Shown: positions 59,545 through 64,000 of the stretch, in pieces
Layout of the letters: each line of letters starts with the position of its first letter
Position numbering within the stretch: the stretch's first letter is position 1
NCBI GenBank assembly: GCA_965218295.1
Contig: CBDCKN010000003.1
Coordinates: 448,001-512,000 of the forward strand
Direction: 5' to 3'
DNA: 64,000 nt
DNA from: Longimicrobiales bacterium
GTDB taxonomy: Bacteria > Gemmatimonadota > Gemmatimonadetes > Longimicrobiales > Gaopeijiaceae
Notes under the pieces: generated by a model
The model's database searches: none
What the model was told of the DNA's origin: nothing
The model's input: the letters and a program-made list of their open reading frames with translations, nothing else
Made by a program: the position numbers and the translations under genes

Positions 59545-60428
59545 GCACCCTCTACCCATTCGCCCCCCACTACCTCGACATCGCCGGAAACCGGCTCCAC
59601 TACGTCGACGAAGGATCGGGCGAAGCCGTGCTCATGCTTCACGGCAATCCGAGCTGGTCGTTCTTCTACAGGGATCTCATCCGGGAGCTCATGGGCGGCC
59701 ACCGCACCGTGGCGCCCGATCACATCGGGTGTGGCCGCTCCGACAAGCCCGATGACGGGAGCTACAAGTATACGTTGGCCTCTCGTGTCTCGGACGTGAG
59801 CTCGCTGGTGGAGAAGCTGGACCTGCGAGACATCACCCTGGTGGTCCACGACTGGGGCGGGATGATCGGGATGGCTTGGGCCGTTCAAAACGTCCAACGG
59901 CTCTCGCGCCTGGTCGTCATGAACACGGCCGCGTTTCCGCTGCTGGACGACAAGCGCCTTCCCGCTGCCCTCTCGCTGGCCCGGACCCCGGGCCTGGGCG
60001 CCCTCCTGGTGCGCGGCGCCAACGCCTTCGCCCGGGGGGCGGTGCGCACCTGCGTGACGCGTGCGCCCATGTCGAAGGAGGTGGCAGCCGGCTACCTCGA
60101 GCCGTACAACTCCTGGGCTCACCGCATCGCGGTCCATCGCTTCGTGCAGGACATCCCGCTTCACGACGGCCACCGTGCCTACCCCATCGTCCGTGAGACT
60201 GCGGACTCCCTGGGCCGGCTCACCGGAATTCCCATGCTGATCTGCTGGGGCATGAAGGACTTCGTGTTCCACAGCGAATTCCTCGACGAGTGGATTACTC
60301 GCTTCCCCGCCGCCGAGGTGCATCGCTTCTCGGACTGTGGACACTACGTTCTCGAGGACGCCTCGAAGGAGATCGTACCATTAGTCCGTCACTTCCTCGA
60401 GGCGCACCCACACCACGCGTCCACATGA
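59541..60428 (+). CDS. oleB: OleB beta-lactone decarboxylase (haloalkane dehalogenase-like alpha/beta hydrolase)
   Basis: HYVDEG, HGNPSWSF, PDHIGCG, VHDWGG, FVQDIP, WGMKDFVF, GHYVLED. Confidence 0.9.
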   Translation: MSTLYPFAPHYLDIAGNRLHYVDEGSGEAVLMLHGNPSWSFFYRDLIRELMGGHRTVAPDHIGCGRSDKPDDGSYKYTLASRVSDVSSLVEKLDLRDITLVVHDWGGMIGMAWAVQNVQRLSRLVVMNTAAFPLLDDKRLPAALSLARTPGLGALLVRGANAFARGAVRTCVTRAPMSKEVAAGYLEPYNSWAHRIAVHRFVQDIPLHDGHRAYPIVRETADSLGRLTGIPMLICWGMKDFVFHSEFLDEWITRFPAAEVHRFSDCGHYVLEDASKEIVPLVRHFLEAHPHHAST

Positions 60429-62239
60429 GCGACGAGACCTCCGCCACCCCGCACGGCGGCCATACCGACGAGACCTCCCCCACCCCGCACGGCGGCCGGA
60501 CTGACGAGCATGCGCCTGACTCCGTCAGCGGCCCGGCCCACCACGACTCACGTGCCCCGCGCCCGGCCGCAGGCCACGTCAACGTGGCGGCCTACCTACC
60601 CGAGACGGCCAGCCGGCAGCCCGATGCTCTGGCGGTAGCGGTGACCGTGGGGAGGAACCCGGACGGGACGGGGCGCTACGCGAAGCTGACGGTGGCCGAG
60701 CTCGACCGGCGCTCCGACCGGATCGCCCACGCCCTCGTCGGCGTCGGAATCGGCGAAGGCGTGCGCACGGTGCTCATGGTCAACCCCAGCCTCGAGTTCT
60801 TCGCCCTTACCTTCGCCATGCTGAAGGTCGGTGCCATCCCCGTCATGGTCGATTCCGGAATGGGAACGAAAAATCTGGGACGCTGCCTGGCGGACGCGGA
60901 GCCCGAGGCGTTCATCGGGATCCCGAAGGCCCACGTGGCCCGGATCGTCCTCGGCTGGGCCAAAGAGACCCTGAAGACCAAGGTCACCGTGGGTCGCCGA
61001 CTGTTCTGGGGCGGACATTCCCTGGCCGCCCTAGAGGCCCGGGCACCGGAGGAGCCCTATCCGGTGCTGGAGCCAGACCCGGAGCAGACCGCTGCCATCC
61101 TGTTCACCAGTGGAAGCACGGGGACCCCCAAGGGAGCAGTGACTCCGTTTCGGGTCTTCGCCGCTCAGGTCGACGCCCTCCGGGATGTCTACGGGATCGA
61201 GCCCGGTGAGCGGGACCTGGCGACGTTCCCACTTTTCGCTCTCTTCGGTCCGGCGCTGGGAATGGCTTCGGTGGTCCCCGATATGGACGCCAGCCGCCCG
61301 GGCGCCGCGGACCCGGAGCTGCTCTTCCAGGCGTTCCGTGACTTCGAGTGCACCAACCTCTTCGCCTCTCCGGCGCTCATCGACAAGCTGGGACGGTACT
61401 GCGACGACCAGGGTCTCGAGCTGACCTCCCTGCGCCGCGCGATCTCGGCGGGGGCTCCGGCGTCGAATCCGGCCCTGGAGACGTTCCAGCGGTGCCTCCC
61501 GGCGGGAGTCGAAGTGCTCACGTCCTACGGTGCCACGGAGTCGTTGCCCATCTCGTACCTGGGGAGCGAGACCATCCTCCGGGAGACTCGGCAAATCACG
61601 GACCAGGGCGGAGGCGTCTGTGTCGGGAGACCGGTGCCCGGAATGGACGTCCGGATCATCCCTATCCACGACGATCCCGTCGAGCGCTGGTCTGACGATC
61701 TTGCTCTGCCCGTGGGCGAGATCGGCGAGATCGTCGTCCGCGGCCCGGTGGTGACACCGTCGTACTATAACCGGCCGGAGTCTACCAGGCTGGCGAAGAT
61801 CCCCACGCCCGAAGAAGGGCCCTGGCACCGCATGGGAGACGTGGGCTACCTCGACCAGAGCGGGCGCCTCTGGATGTGCGGCCGCAAGGGCCACCGGGTC
61901 GAGACCGAAAGGGGTACGCTCTTCACGATCCCGTGCGAGGCCGTCTTCAACACCCATCCCGCGGTTCGCCGGAGCGCACTGGTAGGGGTGGCACAGGCGG
62001 GCAGGACGATACCGGTCCTGTGTGTGGAAAGGGAGCCCCCTGCCACCCTCGACGACAGCGTGCTCACTCAGGAGCTCCTCGCCATCGCACAGAAGCATGA
62101 GCACACGCGGGAGATCGCCACGGTGCTCCACCACCCGTCCCTCCCGGTGGATGTGCGCCACAATGCGAAGATCTTCCGCGAGGAGCTGGCGGCATGGGCC
62201 CAGAAGAAGCTGGGGTCGGCCCGGAGGAAGCTGACGTGA
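60425..62239 (+). CDS. oleC: OleC beta-lactone synthetase (AMP-dependent ligase)
   Basis: ILFTSGSTGTPKG, TFPLFAL, YGATESLP, WHRMGD, CGRK, PVDVRHNAKIFRE. Confidence 0.9.
   Translation: MSDETSATPHGGHTDETSPTPHGGRTDEHAPDSVSGPAHHDSRAPRPAAGHVNVAAYLPETASRQPDALAVAVTVGRNPDGTGRYAKLTVAELDRRSDRIAHALVGVGIGEGVRTVLMVNPSLEFFALTFAMLKVGAIPVMVDSGMGTKNLGRCLADAEPEAFIGIPKAHVARIVLGWAKETLKTKVTVGRRLFWGGHSLAALEARAPEEPYPVLEPDPEQTAAILFTSGSTGTPKGAVTPFRVFAAQVDALRDVYGIEPGERDLATFPLFALFGPALGMASVVPDMDASRPGAADPELLFQAFRDFECTNLFASPALIDKLGRYCDDQGLELTSLRRAISAGAPASNPALETFQRCLPAGVEVLTSYGATESLPISYLGSETILRETRQITDQGGGVCVGRPVPGMDVRIIPIHDDPVERWSDDLALPVGEIGEIVVRGPVVTPSYYNRPESTRLAKIPTPEEGPWHRMGDVGYLDQSGRLWMCGRKGHRVETERGTLFTIPCEAVFNTHPAVRRSALVGVAQAGRTIPVLCVEREPPATLDDSVLTQELLAIAQKHEHTREIATVLHHPSLPVDVRHNAKIFREELAAWAQKKLGSARRKLT
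60431..60508 (+). repeat. 36-bp tandem repeat (2 copies plus a start) at the oleC 5' end
   Basis: gacgagacctccgccaccccgcacggcggccatacc / gacgagacctcccccaccccgcacggcggccggact / gacgag. Confidence 0.85.
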
Positions 62240-63255
62240 AGGCCCTCGTCACCGGCGCGGCCGGCTTTGTGGGAGGCGCCATCGCGCGGGCTCTAAAAGA
62301 ACGGGGCGACGATGTTCGCGGATTCTCCCGAGGAGACTATCCCGAGCTGGCGGCCCGAGGTGTCGAGCAGCACCGTGGTAACGTGGGTGAAGCGAACGCC
62401 GTGACGGAAGCTGTCCGGGGCATGGACATCGTCTTTCACACGGCCGCAAAGGTGGCCGCCGGAGGGCGCCACAGGGACTTCTACGACACGAACGTGAGGG
62501 GCACCGAGAACGTCATTGCTGCCTGCCGGGAATGCGGCGTGGGGGCCCTGGTCTACACGTCTACGCCGAGCGTCACTTTCGGGCTCACGGACTTAGAGGG
62601 CGTGGACGAGTCCATCGGTTACTCCGACTACTTCGAGGCCTTTTACGGTGAGACCAAGGCCGAGGCCGAGCGTCGGGTCCTGGCAGCGGCCTCGGAAAGG
62701 CTCCGTACCGTGGCCCTGAGACCTCACCTGGTATGGGGTCCGGGCGATACGTCCGTCCTGCCTCGTGTCGTGGAGCGCGCTCGGAAAGGCCAGCTCCGTC
62801 GCATCGACGGTCCTCCGAAGCGCTCGGGCCACACATACATCGACGACGCCGTCCGTGCGCACCTGCTCGCCGCCGATCGGCTCCTGGCCGGCGGAGATGG
62901 GGCCTCTCGCATCAACGGCCGTCCCTACTTCATCACCGCGGGAGAGCCGGTCGAGATCTGGAGCTTCCTGAACGGTCTGCTGGGCGCAGCAGGAGTTCCC
63001 CCGGTCGAGAAGCGCATATCGTTCCGGACCGCCATGGCCGCCGCATGGGTCTTCGAGAAGCTGCACGCCCTGTCCGGGGGCAAGGGCGAGCCCCGGGTGA
63101 GCCGGTGGATCGTCCGGGAGCTCACCACGTCCCACTGGTTCGACATCAGCGCCGCCCGTAGGGACCTGGGCTACGAGCCTCGGGTGTCGATGGAGGAGGG
63201 GATGCGCCGGCTCGCGGCCTGGGTGACAGAGCAGGGTGGAGTTCCCCATGCCTGA
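62236..63255 (+). CDS. oleD: OleD 2-alkyl-3-oxoalkanoate reductase (3-beta-HSD-like SDR)
   Basis: VTGAAGFVG, FHTAAK, YTSTPSV, YGETK, LRPHLVWGPGD, ARRDLGY. Confidence 0.9.
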   Translation: MKALVTGAAGFVGGAIARALKERGDDVRGFSRGDYPELAARGVEQHRGNVGEANAVTEAVRGMDIVFHTAAKVAAGGRHRDFYDTNVRGTENVIAACRECGVGALVYTSTPSVTFGLTDLEGVDESIGYSDYFEAFYGETKAEAERRVLAAASERLRTVALRPHLVWGPGDTSVLPRVVERARKGQLRRIDGPPKRSGHTYIDDAVRAHLLAADRLLAGGDGASRINGRPYFITAGEPVEIWSFLNGLLGAAGVPPVEKRISFRTAMAAAWVFEKLHALSGGKGEPRVSRWIVRELTTSHWFDISAARRDLGYEPRVSMEEGMRRLAAWVTEQGGVPHA

Positions 63256-63436
63256 AGGCTGGCGGCCCGCGGTGGAATGGAGCCCACCCGATAACGACGT
63301 CATAGACGTGTGGCGGTTGGACCTGACCGTCCTGGAAGACGACTGGGACCTCCTCAGCCCCGACGAGTCCGAGCGCGCGAGCCGCATCCTTGCGCGCTAC
63401 CTCGGCCACCCTATTCCTCGCCCTATTCCTGCTTGA
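63248..63436 (+). pseudogene. Truncated 4'-phosphopantetheinyl transferase (Sfp/HetI/PfaE-like)
   Basis: IDVWRLDL...LLSPDESERASR joined directly to ILARYLG, then an early stop; catalytic C-terminal half absent. Confidence 0.7.
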
Positions 63437-63470
63437 GCGCCTGGATCGGATCCACCGACGCGGCTCGCCG
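63423..63470 (-). pseudogene. 3'-terminal remnant of an FtsX/MacB-type ABC permease
   Basis: Minus strand reads RRAASVDPIQALKQE*, the typical C-terminus of this family, with no upstream gene body. Confidence 0.65.
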
Positions 63471-63517
63471 TCCGAAGCACTTCACGAAGCCGATCGTGGG
63501 GCAGCGCGAGGCTGACA

Positions 63518-64000
63518 TCACGGCACCCAGGTCGTGAGTTCCGTGGCCGGCCGCCGGGCTTTCCCTTCCGGTTGGCTCTCGGGCTCGCCGACGTGGACGG
63601 TAGCCACGATCCTCTCCCCGTCGGGGAGTCCGACCGCTGCACGAGCGGCGGGGTCGTCCATGACAGCGCCCGTCCTGATGTGGGTCCCCAGCCCCATCGT
63701 TTGCGCGACGAGCGACAGGTTCTGGATGCCCATGTACGCCGCCGCGTAGTCTTCCTCGCGGATCTCGGGGTTGTCGTGCAGTGTTATGGCGACCGCGAGC
63801 ATGGCCGGCAGCGCCTCGTGGGTCTCGGCCACCTTCTCAACGACGGCCTTGGCCGCCTCGGGATCATCGACCCGTCTGGCCTTCCGGCGCCCAAGGGCCT
63901 CACCATAGGCGCGCCGTGACCGGGGGCCGAGCACATAGAAACGCCACGGCTCCGTCATTCGGTGGTTCGGGGCCTGACAGGCCGCGCTGAGCAGCTGCTC
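63518..64000 (-). CDS. Nitroreductase family protein, 5' end beyond the window
   Basis: AACQAPNHRMTEPWRF, EDYAA...IQNLSL, GLGTHIRTG. Confidence 0.9.
   Translation of the reverse strand, partial: EQLLSAACQAPNHRMTEPWRFYVLGPRSRRAYGEALGRRKARRVDDPEAAKAVVEKVAETHEALPAMLAVAITLHDNPEIREEDYAAAYMGIQNLSLVAQTMGLGTHIRTGAVMDDPAARAAVGLPDGERIVATVHVGEPESQPEGKARRPATELTTWVP

Overview
High-GC bacterial genomic window; the gene content suggests Gemmatimonadota, which is an inference. Many conserved genes carry 1-nt frameshifts, probably from long-read consensus errors. Left to right: partial ppk2; a cytochrome c/beta-propeller protein; a CocE/NonD hydrolase; a divergent ppsA; an ArsR-SRPBCC pair; and a GcvT-like gene coupled to two FAD oxidoreductases. 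Next come a complete IS256 inserted into the RBS of a collagen-CHRD lipoprotein gene, an IS21 remnant, a TolB-like metallohydrolase, yajQ, a DASS transporter, an Ig/RCC1 lipoprotein and a matrixin protease (each split by an in-frame TAG), and two copies of a small MITE-like element. A complete his operon follows, with a His-rich leader peptide and attenuator and three fusions (hisC-HAD, hisH-hisF, hisA-hisI-hisE). After it lies a putative two-peptide bacteriocin/RiPP locus: two small precursors, an ABC pair, a C39-peptidase exporter and a Yip1-like protein. The right third is a ~20 kb pfaD-pfaA-pfaBC-oleABCD operon (PUFA synthase coupled to olefin synthesis) ending in a broken PPTase gene.
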